Assembly: GCA_963752595.1 (NCBI GenBank) | Contig: CAVVYZ010000005.1 | Coordinates: 128,001-192,000 of the forward strand | Reading direction: 5' to 3' | From: an uncultured delta proteobacterium | GTDB lineage: Bacteria > Desulfobacterota > Desulfomonilia > UBA1062 | DNA: 64,000 nucleotides | Shown here: in pieces, positions 10,196 to 20,009 of the stretch | Layout of the letters: every line of letters begins with the position of its first letter | Position numbering within the stretch: position 1 is the stretch's first letter | Position numbers and translations under genes: made by a program | Notes under the pieces: generated by a model | The model's input: the letters and a program-made list of their open reading frames with translations, nothing else | What the model was told of the DNA's origin: nothing | Databases searched by the model: none

Positions 10196-10747
10196 TTAGT
10201 GAGCTGCTGCAGGTTTTGTTGCTCCGTGCTCAAGGACGATCTCGTGGAGGTCTTCCAGGGAGGCTTCCATGGTTGAGGTGTTGAGCACGTATGCGTCTGC
10301 AAGGGCAATGGGGATGGCGGCTCCGTAGTAGATTTCGCGCCGGTCTCTCTCTTCGAACCCTTCGGGAGAATCATCCGGCCTGCCCCGGGATATGATGCGC
10401 TGCCTCCGGGTGGGCCGCGGTGCAAGGAAGGCGACGACCACCGCTTCGGCCTGTTCCCGAATCAGCTCGATCTCCTGCCAGGAACGCATACCTTCGAGAA
10501 AAACGATTGCACTCTTTTCTGCAAGTGCGGTCTTCAAGGCCACCCTGGTCACGCCCATGCCGTCGGCACCCCTGAGCTCGTCGGAGACTGCCGCCATGAT
10601 ATCCGGCCCGGGTGCCAATCCGCGGGATTTCACCTCGGCCCTCACGATATCGCCCGTTGCATAATAGGAGTATCCTTCGGTCAGCGCGTATTCCTTGGCG
10701 ATGCTCTTTCCCGAGGCAGGCATTCCCACAATGATAAAAATCTTCAT
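10196..10747 (-). CDS. P-loop nucleotide kinase, UPF0200 / dephospho-CoA-kinase-like (archaeal-type)
   Basis: GMPASGKS Walker A, TGDIVRAE, EGMRSWQE, RGRPDD..F.ERDRRE, ALAD.VLN. Confidence 0.75.
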   Translation of the reverse strand: MKIFIIVGMPASGKSIAKEYALTEGYSYYATGDIVRAEVKSRGLAPGPDIMAAVSDELRGADGMGVTRVALKTALAEKSAIVFLEGMRSWQEIELIREQAEAVVVAFLAPRPTRRQRIISRGRPDDSPEGFEERDRREIYYGAAIPIALADAYVLNTSTMEASLEDLHEIVLEHGATKPAAAH

Positions 10748-10766
10748 ATAAGAACCTCCCTGGATA

Positions 10767-11936
10767 TCAGGCTTTATGGAGCCACTCGTTCATGGCCTTC
10801 AGGATCTGCGGCCAGTGGCCCGATACTCGGTCCGAGAGAAAGGCGGCGAAGAGGCTTTCGAAAAGCTGAAGTCCCGTTTCCATGAGAGACATCCGCTCGT
10901 AGAAAACCGCGTCTCTCTCCATAGTAGGATCCGTCATCTCGTCCTTTTCGATCTTTACGGGCGGGCAGGTAAAGGAGCCGAAGGCAAAGACATCTCCCTT
11001 AAGGCTTATCTTCCATTTGAGCATATCCTTTTCGAAATACAGGAGGGCTTCGGTGATATTCTTTCCGCTCTGGATCGATTTGCGCGCCTCGGAGAAATCC
11101 TTCTGGGGGCCGCTGATTGAATTCTTCCGGTTGCCGTCTTCATGCTCTTCGGTCAGAACGAACCGGTCGTAGAGATAAGCGATGAACAGATCACCCGGTT
11201 CGGCAGGTCCGACTTCCGTCACCACCTTGTATTCCGAGCTTCCTTCTGCGCTCCTGTACATGAGCCACAGGAAAAAATCCCAGCCGAGCCATCTGTTCTT
11301 TTTGATCTGCAAAAGCACATCCCGCGAGGATGCCTGATTCAGCCTGTCGAGAGACTGCCGGTGCTCTTCGGAAAGGACCCTCTCTGCCCGGCGAATGGGA
11401 TGGATGGGAACAAGCGTCATCCCCTCGAAGGTCTTTTTGAACTGATCCTCGACGAAATCCAGGGCCTTGGTACTGATGCTCGCGATCGAGACGATGTTCG
11501 TTTTCGTGTTCCACAGAACGTCGCAGACAGACGGGTCGGGCAGCGATTTTGCGAGAAGGGCTGCATGGATGTTTTCCCTGATCTCCCGCTTCCTCTGAAA
11601 CGGCACCCTTGAGAGCTTTGGCCGTTCCTTGAGCCACTCGCCGCATTCCTTTTCCACGAGGTTCTTGAGCAGTGCGGCAGGCACTTTGCGCACATCTTTC
11701 CGCAACGCGAAGATATAATAGTCCTCAAAAGAGAACGAGGCGAGGGAGACGAAATCCGAACTCATATGTTCATCGAAGCGCACCCAGCCTGTGGACTCGG
11801 GGTCAGAGGTAGTGTCGATGGGTTCGAACCGGCTCTTTTCAAGACACTGCCGGACCCACAGTCTTTTATCGTTGCCCGGTATTTCGCCTATGACCTCGTA
11901 CTGGTAGATGCTTACGGTGTTTGACATTATGCCCAT
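10767..11936 (-). CDS. rdgC: Recombination-associated protein RdgC family (fused two-module deltaproteobacterial form)
   Basis: FEPID...STGWV, FALRKDVRKVPAALL, and a second module beginning LGWDFFLWL. Confidence 0.75.
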   Translation of the reverse strand: MGIMSNTVSIYQYEVIGEIPGNDKRLWVRQCLEKSRFEPIDTTSDPESTGWVRFDEHMSSDFVSLASFSFEDYYIFALRKDVRKVPAALLKNLVEKECGEWLKERPKLSRVPFQRKREIRENIHAALLAKSLPDPSVCDVLWNTKTNIVSIASISTKALDFVEDQFKKTFEGMTLVPIHPIRRAERVLSEEHRQSLDRLNQASSRDVLLQIKKNRWLGWDFFLWLMYRSAEGSSEYKVVTEVGPAEPGDLFIAYLYDRFVLTEEHEDGNRKNSISGPQKDFSEARKSIQSGKNITEALLYFEKDMLKWKISLKGDVFAFGSFTCPPVKIEKDEMTDPTMERDAVFYERMSLMETGLQLFESLFAAFLSDRVSGHWPQILKAMNEWLHKA

Positions 11937-12065
11937 GGAGCCCCTCCAAAGATTGTTTCAAGACAGGGGAGGGAATACACCATTGTCACCCTGGAGGGCA
12001 ACGGTAAAATCCTTACAAAATACGGTCAGGAGGAAAACGAGCCGGGGTGGCCGTGCGGGCACTGC

Positions 12066-12914
12066 TTAAGAACCGGTATTTCTCTTTACCGTGTCTGTCA
12101 CCCAGGGTGCTTCCGGCTTTATATGTCCGGGGAGCGGGGGTGGTTCGTTTATTTTGGCTTTTGAATCGATCACGATGCTGATGCGCCGGTTCTTCGGATC
12201 TCCGGGGATCTCTCGGACGAGGGGCCTGGTATCCGCGAAGCCGGCAACCATCTCGACCTGCTGAGGCCTTACTCCGTTTTTCTCGAGCTCGATCCGCGCT
12301 GCAGATGCACGCTGCGTGGAAAGCTCCCAGTTGGTGAAGACATTGCTCTTGTATCCAAGAGAATCCGTATGCCCTTCGATAATGATCTTGTTCGGGACAG
12401 AGGTAAAGACCGGGGCTATTTCCTGTATGAGGGCCTTCCCGCTCTCGCTGAGCTCTGTGCTGCCCACTTTGAAGATCGACGATCCGGCTGTATCGGTGAG
12501 TTCTATCCTCAGGTTCCCGCTGTCTTCGAAGACAAAAACCCTGTCATTGAATTCCTTCGTCTTCGACTGGACCTGCTCCTTGATCTTTTTTGCGATATCG
12601 CTGGTCACAAAGGTTCTTTGAGCGATCGCAGGGGTGATGCTGTTGGAATCGAGTACGCCGTCTCCGGCAACATCCGCGTACCGCCCTACGGCTGTGCCGC
12701 CTCCCTTTTCAAAGATCGAGTGATTCTGAAAGTATTGAGAGAGTGCGACCTTTTTCTGTGCAGAAGTCATGTTCAGGAGCCAAAGGAGAAGAAAGACGGC
12801 CATCATGGAGGTGATGAAATCTGCATAGGCGACCTTCCATGATCCGCCGTGACCCTCGCCACCACCTTTTTTATTCTTCTTGATAATGATTGTCTGGTCC
12901 GTTCTGTCGGACAT
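12066..12914 (-). CDS. motB: Flagellar motor stator protein MotB
   Basis: HGGSWKVAYADF (conserved Asp) TM segment; OmpA-like domain EGHTD, NWELSTQRA, NRRISI. Confidence 0.93.
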   Translation of the reverse strand: MSDRTDQTIIIKKNKKGGGEGHGGSWKVAYADFITSMMAVFLLLWLLNMTSAQKKVALSQYFQNHSIFEKGGGTAVGRYADVAGDGVLDSNSITPAIAQRTFVTSDIAKKIKEQVQSKTKEFNDRVFVFEDSGNLRIELTDTAGSSIFKVGSTELSESGKALIQEIAPVFTSVPNKIIIEGHTDSLGYKSNVFTNWELSTQRASAARIELEKNGVRPQQVEMVAGFADTRPLVREIPGDPKNRRISIVIDSKAKINEPPPLPGHIKPEAPWVTDTVKRNTGS

Positions 12915-12916
12915 AG

Positions 12917-13771
12917 CTACTTCTTACCCTTTATGATCTTTTCAAGCTCATTGAAGCCCGGACGCTCACTCTCGGGTATGGCCCTCCGTGCAAATTCGAT
13001 GGCGATCTGGGGGACGGAGCGCGCCACAAATGAGACGAGCGCAATACGGATAACGTGGTAGTACTCCTCTTCCTCCTTGATCTGGTGCTCAAGGAGGGTT
13101 GCGAGGGGTCCTACGAAACCATAACACAGGAGCACGCCCAAGAAGGTACCCACAAGGGCTGCACCGATACTTTCCCCGAGGACCTCCGGCGGCTCGTTGA
13201 TCTTGCCCATGGTGAGGACCACGCCGAGAACCGCGGCAACGATTCCAAGTCCGGGCAGTGCATCTGCGGTCTTTGCGATGCGGTGAAAAGGAATGCTCTG
13301 CTCTTCGGTATTTGCCGCAATGTCCACTTCCAGGAGATTGTCGAACTCATATGGTGTGATTTCAATGGAGAGCAGCGTTTTGATGCTGTCGCAGATGAAA
13401 TCGAGCGTGCGCTTGTTCTTCAGGATCGCGGGATAACGCTTGAAGATCTCGCTTTTCATGGGATCTTCCACATGGGCCTCGACAGCGATGATACCCTCTT
13501 TGCGCATCTTGTTGAAGATCTCATAGAGCAGCGTGAGTACTTCGATGTATTTCTTGGAATCGTAATGACTATGAGAAACGACGTTTTTCAGACTTACGAT
13601 GAGGGCCTTCAGTACCTTTACTGGCGAAGAAATGATCAGAGCCCCGGTAGCAGCCCCTCCGATGATAAGCAGTTCAACGGGCTGGAAGAGCAGTGAGAGA
13701 TTCCCGTGCTCCAACACATACCCGCCGAAGACTGCAAAAAATACTAAAGTTGCGCCGATAATTGCGTTCAT
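12917..13771 (-). CDS. motA: Flagellar motor stator protein MotA
   Basis: LFQPVELLIIGGA, RKEGIIAVE, LPGLGIVAAVLGVV, GAALVGTFLG. Confidence 0.95.
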   Translation of the reverse strand: MNAIIGATLVFFAVFGGYVLEHGNLSLLFQPVELLIIGGAATGALIISSPVKVLKALIVSLKNVVSHSHYDSKKYIEVLTLLYEIFNKMRKEGIIAVEAHVEDPMKSEIFKRYPAILKNKRTLDFICDSIKTLLSIEITPYEFDNLLEVDIAANTEEQSIPFHRIAKTADALPGLGIVAAVLGVVLTMGKINEPPEVLGESIGAALVGTFLGVLLCYGFVGPLATLLEHQIKEEEEYYHVIRIALVSFVARSVPQIAIEFARRAIPESERPGFNELEKIIKGKK

Positions 13772-13780
13772 TCTGCTTAA

Positions 13781-13808
13781 CTATCGGCTGTTTGTAAAAA
13801 AAAATATA
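13781..13808 (-). promoter_or_regulatory. Putative sigma28 promoter of motAB
   Basis: TATA-N16-GCCGATAG ending 9 nt before the motA ATG; no Shine-Dalgarno sequence visible. Confidence 0.55.
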
Positions 13809-13924
13809 CGCTTTGTAGTTTCAGGATCCTTCCTACAGTGACAAGAAAGGCATGGTACTGAGCAGGAACGGACTTCGCATAAATGCAGGAGCTCCTGTCC
13901 ATCTGCATTCAAACAAAGAAACAG

Positions 13925-13962
13925 AAAAACCGGCCTGGGCACCTTGCGAGGTGCAGGCCGGT
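13925..13962 (-). terminator. Intrinsic terminator after the OmpA-family gene
   Basis: ACCGGCCTG..GCACCT-TGCG-AGGTGC..AGGCCGGT hairpin followed by a T-run on the minus strand. Confidence 0.75.
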
Positions 13963-13974
13963 AGGGATTAAAGA

Positions 13975-14649
13975 TTATTGCTGCTGGGTTAGGGGTGCGA
14001 GCTCGAGCTCTACCCTGCGGTTCTGCTGGCGGCCTTCAGGCGTGTCGTTGCTGCCTTTGGGCCTGGTCTTGCCGAAGCCCAGGGTCATCACCCTGTCGGG
14101 GAGGATCTGGTGGGATATCAGATACTGGCCGACGCTTCTTGCCCGCCGCTCGGAGAGGCCCTGATTGTACTGGTCGTTGCCGACGCTGTCCGTATGGCCG
14201 TACACATTGATGAGCGTCTTATTGTATTCATTGAGCACGAGCACTACCGAGTTGAGCACATCATAGAAATTTCCTGCGATATCCGAGCTGTCTGTCCGGA
14301 AGGTGATGTTGCCCGGCATATTGAGGACGATGCGGTCGCCCTGACGGCTCACGCTCACGCCGGTACCCTGGAGCTTCTGGCGGAGCTTGGCCTCCTGCTG
14401 ATCCATGTAGTAGCCCACACCGGCTCCTGAAAGACCGCCTACCCCTGCTCCGATGAGCGCCCGTTTCCGGCGGGATTCGCTGTCATGGCCGGTAGCCGCA
14501 CCGACCGCTGCACCGCCGGCAGCGCCTATTATGCTGCCCCATGCCGTTTTGCTCATCTTTCGATCACCTGTGTACGGGTCTGTTGCGCACCCTCCCACAA
14601 GAAACGTGATCACGAGTAATACAAAAATCCAATAGAAAGTACTCCTCAT
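13975..14649 (-). CDS. OmpA-family lipoprotein (YiaD-like, glycine zipper)
   Basis: AAGGAG RBS before the ATG at 14649; lipobox VGGC; glycine zipper; GHTDSVG, LSERRA, NRRVE. Confidence 0.9.
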   Translation of the reverse strand: MRSTFYWIFVLLVITFLVGGCATDPYTGDRKMSKTAWGSIIGAAGGAAVGAATGHDSESRRKRALIGAGVGGLSGAGVGYYMDQQEAKLRQKLQGTGVSVSRQGDRIVLNMPGNITFRTDSSDIAGNFYDVLNSVVLVLNEYNKTLINVYGHTDSVGNDQYNQGLSERRARSVGQYLISHQILPDRVMTLGFGKTRPKGSNDTPEGRQQNRRVELELAPLTQQQ

Positions 14650-14821
14650 ATTTTTATCTCCTTTCTTTACCATGGGATAGAACCAAAAGTGTGGACGATA
14701 AACCTGCTGCACGTCCGGCCTTTCAGATTTATCATATTCGCACCGGCAGCCAGGTTTCAATAGCTTTTTAAATGTATTGAAACCATTATAGTATATCTCC
14801 TGTCTGAAATATCCTCGCTTA

Positions 14822-15802
14822 TTAATGGAACAGCAGGTAGGTAATTGCAGCGACTGTGCCTGAACAGGGAATCGTTATGATCCAGGCCCAGACAATGCGG
14901 CCTGCAACACCCCACCTGACGGCACTCAAGCGTCTCAGAGAGCCCACACCCATAATGGCCCCTGTTATGGTGTGAGTCGTGCTTACCGGAACCCCCAAGG
15001 CGGTGGTTACAAAGAGCGATATCGCCGCACCGCTCTCGGCACAGAAACCGTCCACGGGCCTCAGCTTTGCAATCCGCTGGCCCATGGTTTTCACGATGCG
15101 CCAGCCGCCGAACATGGTGCCCAGAGCGATCGCTCCCTGGCATGATATGACCACCCAGAACGGAATGTAGAAGGTGTCGCCAAGGAGGCCCGCGCTGAAG
15201 AGAAGGCCTGCGATGATGCCCATAGTCTTCTGGGCGTCGTTTCCACCGTGGCCGAGACTGAACAGGGCAGCCGACACGAGCTGCCCCTTCCGGAAAACAT
15301 GATCTACATGAAGGGGGGTAGCTCTTTTGAAGAACCGATAAACGACCGCCCCGATAAGGAGACCGAGTATCAGGCCCACCAGAGGAGAGATGAAGATAAA
15401 GGCAACGACCTTGAAGATGCCTGTCAGAACAAGCACATCCGGCCCCGCCTTCATGAGGGCCGAGCCGACAAGACCGCCGATGAGCGCGTGGGACGAGCTC
15501 GTAGGCAGCCCGACATACCATGCGGCAATGTCCCAGAGGCAGGCGCCCACCAGGGTCGCAAGGATAATGTAGGGATCGATTATATTCACGTCCACGATGC
15601 CCTTCCCGATGGTGTTGGCAACATGCAGACCAAGGAAGAGAAATGCGATGAAATTGAAGAAAGCCGCCCAGATCACGGCCCTCCGGGGGGTGAGCACGCG
15701 GGTGGAAACTACGGTGGCGATGGAGTTGGCAGAGTCGTTGAACCCGTTCAGGAAGTCGAATACCAGGGCAAGGAGAATGAGGAAGATGATGAAGGGCGTC
15801 AT
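14822..15802 (-). CDS. pit: Inorganic phosphate transporter (PiT family)
   Basis: NGFNDSANSIAT, LPTSSSHA, HGGNDAQK, PVSTTH. Confidence 0.95.
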   Translation of the reverse strand: MTPFIIFLILLALVFDFLNGFNDSANSIATVVSTRVLTPRRAVIWAAFFNFIAFLFLGLHVANTIGKGIVDVNIIDPYIILATLVGACLWDIAAWYVGLPTSSSHALIGGLVGSALMKAGPDVLVLTGIFKVVAFIFISPLVGLILGLLIGAVVYRFFKRATPLHVDHVFRKGQLVSAALFSLGHGGNDAQKTMGIIAGLLFSAGLLGDTFYIPFWVVISCQGAIALGTMFGGWRIVKTMGQRIAKLRPVDGFCAESGAAISLFVTTALGVPVSTTHTITGAIMGVGSLRRLSAVRWGVAGRIVWAWIITIPCSGTVAAITYLLFH

Positions 15803-15810
15803 CGCTTCGC

Positions 15811-16437
15811 TTATGCTTGCTTCACAATAATCGACTCTACCACATGGGCCACGTCTTCACAGATATCCAGCACGGTCTCTGCAAACTGAAAGATCTCCTT
15901 CCATTTGATCAGGTAAACCGGGTCCGTAGCCGTTTCGAATAGTTTGGCAAGGATGGCGTCGCGCATGTTGTCGCCGATATTTTCCAGCCTGTTCACCTCG
16001 ATGCATGAATCAAGCGCGGTCTGGGGCCTTTTCGTATCTTTCAGGCTCTCGATGGCAACGGTCAGAGCTCGGACGGATTTTTCAATGACATTGGCAAACT
16101 CCACCAAGTCATGATTGATTTCCTTGATCCGGTAGACCCGCATGCGGTTCGTGATGGTGTAGATCATGTCGATGACGCTGTCGAGCTCTTTGGTGAGTGT
16201 AAAGATATCTTCGCGGTCAAAGGGAGTGATGAAGGTCTTATTCAGGCGTTCGATAATCTCGTGGGTTACCTCGTCGGCCTGATGCTCGAGACTGCGCATT
16301 TTTCGTACGGTCTCCTCATCATAGGTCCCATTCGATGTAATCTCCACGAAGAAGACAGCTGCACTGACAGCCAGCTCTGCCTGCTTGCTGAATAAAACAA
16401 AGAAGTTTGATTCTTTGGGTAGAAAGCTGAACCCCAT
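15811..16437 (-). CDS. DUF47 / PhoU-like Pit accessory protein
   Basis: AAGGAGG RBS before MGFSFLPKE; EHQAD, FITPFDREDI, LEN.GD, D.CEDVA. Confidence 0.92.
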   Translation of the reverse strand: MGFSFLPKESNFFVLFSKQAELAVSAAVFFVEITSNGTYDEETVRKMRSLEHQADEVTHEIIERLNKTFITPFDREDIFTLTKELDSVIDMIYTITNRMRVYRIKEINHDLVEFANVIEKSVRALTVAIESLKDTKRPQTALDSCIEVNRLENIGDNMRDAILAKLFETATDPVYLIKWKEIFQFAETVLDICEDVAHVVESIIVKQA

Positions 16438-16797
16438 TCGTTCCTCCTTAAGGCTCGCGTTTCGTTTTGAATCGGATATGTCGAGCCCTTCATAGTAGGA
16501 TTCCGGCGTTCCGTCAAGGATCGTCACCGGGAGATTTCATCAGGATATGAGAGATAACGGGAGTAATGGGTTATCATTTTTTATCAGCCGCCTCCCCTGA
16601 GGCTCCGGTATGTCCAATGGCCTGAGGCACCCTTTCTTCCGCATCCCAAGCATATAGAGGGGATTACCCATAAAAAATGTTATCCATTATCAGGCTCAAT
16701 CACCAGTTATATAAAATCCCAGAAAAGCTGTGACCTGCTGCATATTTCTCAATAAATCCTTATTAATCAAAGGGATCTTTTCCTGCTTGGAATAGCC

Positions 16798-17038
16798 ACT
16801 CGCCCGATCCACGCCCGGACTGGGACCGGTGGATGGGGTGGCCCCCGGGCCAATCTGGACACCGCTCATTCCTTCATCCTTTGATGAAGAAAAGGTTTCG
16901 ACGTTCGGGCTCAATACCCCATGGGGCGCGCCGGCCAGCCTATTGACGTCGCTCCATGTATTCCTCGCTTCGGACGATGCCGCCTTCATAACCGGGCATG
17001 TGCTCCACCCGAACGGTGGAAGGGTCGTAAACGGATAG
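16798..17038 (+). pseudogene. C-terminal remnant of an SDR oxidoreductase (general stress protein 39 / YdaD-like)
   Basis: GVAPGPIWTPLIP...VFLASDDAAFITGHVLHPNGG. No Rossmann N-terminus or catalytic YxxxK upstream. Confidence 0.75.
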
Positions 17039-17098
17039 CCGGCAGTTATTCTCTATATACATCAGGATGAAAGGACTGTTTAGAGAAGGAGTATCACA

Positions 17099-17523
17099 AT
17101 GACCAGTACCGGAATCGATGGATTGGAAAGTACCATCCATAAGACAAATGAATGGCTGAATGACATAATGGAAGAAGAAGGGTGGACGGATAAAAATAAG
17201 GCATATCTGGCCTTGCGTTCCACCCTGCATGCCTTACGGGACCGCCTTGTGGTTAATGAAGCCATTGACCTCGGGGCCCAGCTTCCCTGCTTATTCGAGG
17301 CATATACTACGAAGGATACACGACATCGGGCAAGCCGGACAGATCACAAAAAAAGGGTGATTTTTTCTCTCTCATCAGGAGGGATCTCGAAAGGGCTCCT
17401 CATATCGATGCAGAAGAGGCAGCCCGCGGTGTATTTTCCGTTCTCCGCAAAAAGGTATCCAAAGGAGAAATCAACGATATCCAGAGCATGCTGCCCGAGG
17501 AAGTCCAAGAGCTCTGGCACTAA
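17099..17523 (+). CDS. DUF2267 family protein (1-nt frameshift near 17288)
   Basis: TIHKTNEWL, AYLALRSTLHALRDRL, LGAQLP. The shifted frame continues LIRGIYYEG...LPEEVQELWH*. Confidence 0.85.
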
Positions 17524-17665
17524 TCCTTCTTCCATGCGCCGACTGATAGGCGAAAGCAGCCAGCAGAGATAAATAAATGTACCTTTACAGGAGAATAATT
17601 ATGGCGGGAAAAACAAAATCATCAAGGAGAAGAAAGCTGCTTTTATCCTGCCCGCGGTGAACCTG

Positions 17666-18322
17666 TTACTGCAGCTTGATCTTGTTTATGTTGATGCCCT
17701 TGCCGAGCACCACCAGGATGTCGCTGTCTTTGATGATGAATTCGCCCTTGGGGATGACGGAGAATCTCTCGGGAATGAGCTCTTTGACTGCAATGACCTG
17801 GATATTGAAGCGCTGGGGGAGCGCCAGCTCGGCCAGGGACTTCCCGATGAAGCTGCTTGGAGGGGCGATTTCGGCGATCTGATAATCCTCGGACATCTCG
17901 ATAAAATCCAGGATATTCGGCATGACCAGGCTTTTGGCGGTTTTTATCCCCATATCCTTTTCAGGAAAGATGATATCCGTGGCGCCCACCTTCCTCAGGA
18001 TCTTCCCGTGATCTTCATCAACCGCCTTCACGAGTATCTTGGTTGCGCCCATTTCCTGCAGATACAGGGTGATGAGCGTGGATGCACTCGTGTTGTCTCC
18101 GAGACTTATCACCACGGCATGAACCTCTCCAAGCCCGAGACTTATGAGCGTTTCTTTTTTGGTGGCATCCGCGAGTACGGGATTATTGGTAAAGTCCCTG
18201 ATCTTCTGGACCCTTTCCTTGTCCATATCGATTGCTATGGTTTCCTGCCTCAGTTCATAGAGTGACTTCACCACCCATGTGCCGAAGTTCCCCAATCCGA
18301 TTACTGCGTATTTCCTTGCCAT
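17666..18322 (-). CDS. ktrA: K+ uptake RCK subunit KtrA/TrkA
   Basis: VIGLGNFG Rossmann motif; IFPEKDMG; C-terminal TrkA-C domain. Confidence 0.92.
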   Translation of the reverse strand: MARKYAVIGLGNFGTWVVKSLYELRQETIAIDMDKERVQKIRDFTNNPVLADATKKETLISLGLGEVHAVVISLGDNTSASTLITLYLQEMGATKILVKAVDEDHGKILRKVGATDIIFPEKDMGIKTAKSLVMPNILDFIEMSEDYQIAEIAPPSSFIGKSLAELALPQRFNIQVIAVKELIPERFSVIPKGEFIIKDSDILVVLGKGININKIKLQ

Positions 18323-18335
18323 CTCCCCTCCAGTC

Positions 18336-19673
18336 TTACCCGATCAACACATTTTCTTCTGCGAAGCAGTATCGCGGGGCCTCTCTACGGTTTATTATGA
18401 CATATACAAGGGTGAGGATTCCCAGCCTGCCTACCAGCATCGTAATGATGATGAGCAGCTTGCCCAGGCTGTCCATTTTCGAGGTGATCCCCATGGACAG
18501 GCCCACGGTGCCGAAAGCGGAAATGGCCTCGAAGAAATATTCGAGGAACAATCCCCGGCTCTGCTGTATGAGCACAAGACCCTGCTGGTCAATCATCAAT
18601 AAGGATAGTATGAAGATAATGAAAAAAATTGAGACGATAAAGACGGTAATGGTGCGCGATACGATCTCCTGCGGGAGCGTAGCCTTGAAAATATTATTCG
18701 TCTCGCTTCCTTTCAGCCTGTTCCACAAGACGACGAACAGGGTGCCGGCGCTCGTTGTCTTGATACCCCCACCGGTAGAGCCGGGAGATGCTCCGATAAA
18801 CATGAGGAGAATGGCGAACATCAGCGTAGCGTTTCCAAGCAAGGAGAAATCCATGGTATTAAACCCGGCCGTCCGTGTCGTTACTGACTGGAAATAGGAC
18901 ATGAGAATCTTCTCCCACCACGACATGCCGGCCATATAATGATCGCGTTCCAGAATCCAGAAGATGAACGTGCCGAATAGTATCAGCACGGCCGTCACGA
19001 CAAGGGCCAGTTTCGTATGGAGCGTCAGCCTTGCCCTTTTCGCCTTTTTCATGGCGGACAGCAATTCCCTTATGACCGGGAACCCGATCCCCCCAAGGAT
19101 GATGAGACTCGTGATTATTATATTGAGGAGAATATTGTCACGGTAGCCTACGAAGTTGTCGGGAAACAGGGAAAAACCGGCATTGCAGAAAGCGCAGACA
19201 GAGTGGAACAGGGAATAGAAGATGTTCTGCCCGAGAGAAAATCCCTTATTCCAGCAGGGCATGAGCAGGAGAGCGCCTGCGAGCTCTGCTATGAAGGTAA
19301 ATGAAAAGATGAAGATCACAAGTTTTTTGATATCTCTTAAGAAGTCCGAGGAATAGGTTTCCTGGATGAATGAGCGCTGCCGCATGCTGATGCCCCACCC
19401 TGTCGTAAGGTAGAGGAGTGCGGCAAAGGTCATTATGCCCAAGCCTCCCAATTCTACAAGGGTCATGATCAGCATCTGGCCGTAGAAGCTGAAGGTGCTG
19501 CCCGTATCCACCACGGTAAGGCCGGTAACGCAGAGAGCTGAAGTGGCGGTAAACAGCGCATCGATCCAGGCCATATGGCCTTCCCTCGTTGCCCAGGGCA
19601 TCATAAGAAGGCTGCTTCCGATGAAGATTGCAACGAGATAGCTTATGATGAAGACCATTCCGGGGCTGAACAT
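18336..19673 (-). CDS. ktrB: K+ uptake membrane subunit KtrB/TrkH
   Basis: FTATSALCVTGL, AFCNAGF, RTAGFN, GSTGGGIK, AFGTVGLS. The true start may be the TTG at 19725 via an indel. Confidence 0.93.
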   Translation of the reverse strand: MFSPGMVFIISYLVAIFIGSSLLMMPWATREGHMAWIDALFTATSALCVTGLTVVDTGSTFSFYGQMLIMTLVELGGLGIMTFAALLYLTTGWGISMRQRSFIQETYSSDFLRDIKKLVIFIFSFTFIAELAGALLLMPCWNKGFSLGQNIFYSLFHSVCAFCNAGFSLFPDNFVGYRDNILLNIIITSLIILGGIGFPVIRELLSAMKKAKRARLTLHTKLALVVTAVLILFGTFIFWILERDHYMAGMSWWEKILMSYFQSVTTRTAGFNTMDFSLLGNATLMFAILLMFIGASPGSTGGGIKTTSAGTLFVVLWNRLKGSETNNIFKATLPQEIVSRTITVFIVSIFFIIFILSLLMIDQQGLVLIQQSRGLFLEYFFEAISAFGTVGLSMGITSKMDSLGKLLIIITMLVGRLGILTLVYVIINRREAPRYCFAEENVLIG

Positions 19674-19968
19674 AAGGAATCGTCTTGCAAGGGACGCTAA
19701 GGGGTCGTGTAGTTTCAGAGCTCAAGAAATCGGCCCTATTCTTACCGGAAGTTAAAGAGATACATATCCAAATAACATAATCTGTTCATAAATTCGTCCA
19801 TACATTGAAAACCACATTATGTCCAGTTCATAGGTTTATCATGACGCATACGGGATTCATTGATGTTTGGAAGATTCTCTTACGGGGAAAGGGACCGATC
19901 CGGGGGATCACCCTGGCCAAAGCACTTCGGGATGATCGTATCCGCTTGACAGAACAAGGGTACCGGCT

Positions 19969-20000
19969 GGACGGAGGAGTCTTGCACCCTTCCTCCGTCC
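19969..20000. terminator. Hairpin just downstream of the CBS gene
   Basis: Perfect 10-bp inverted repeat GGACGGAGGA / TCCTCCGTCC; weak U-tract. Confidence 0.5.
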
Positions 20001-20009
20001 GGTATGGTG

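Noticed and set aside
12066-14649. motA/motB plus OmpA gene as a Zorya-type anti-phage system
   Set aside because: MotA is normal length with no long ZorA tail, MotB has the flagellar WKVAYADF motif, and no ZorC/D/E-like helicase or nuclease is adjacent.
16452-16543. CTGATGA...CGAAAC on the minus strand upstream of the DUF47 gene as a hammerhead ribozyme
   Set aside because: The bases after CUGAUGA do not pair with those before GAAA, so stem II cannot form. Only a short GGCTCG/CGAGCC hairpin is present.
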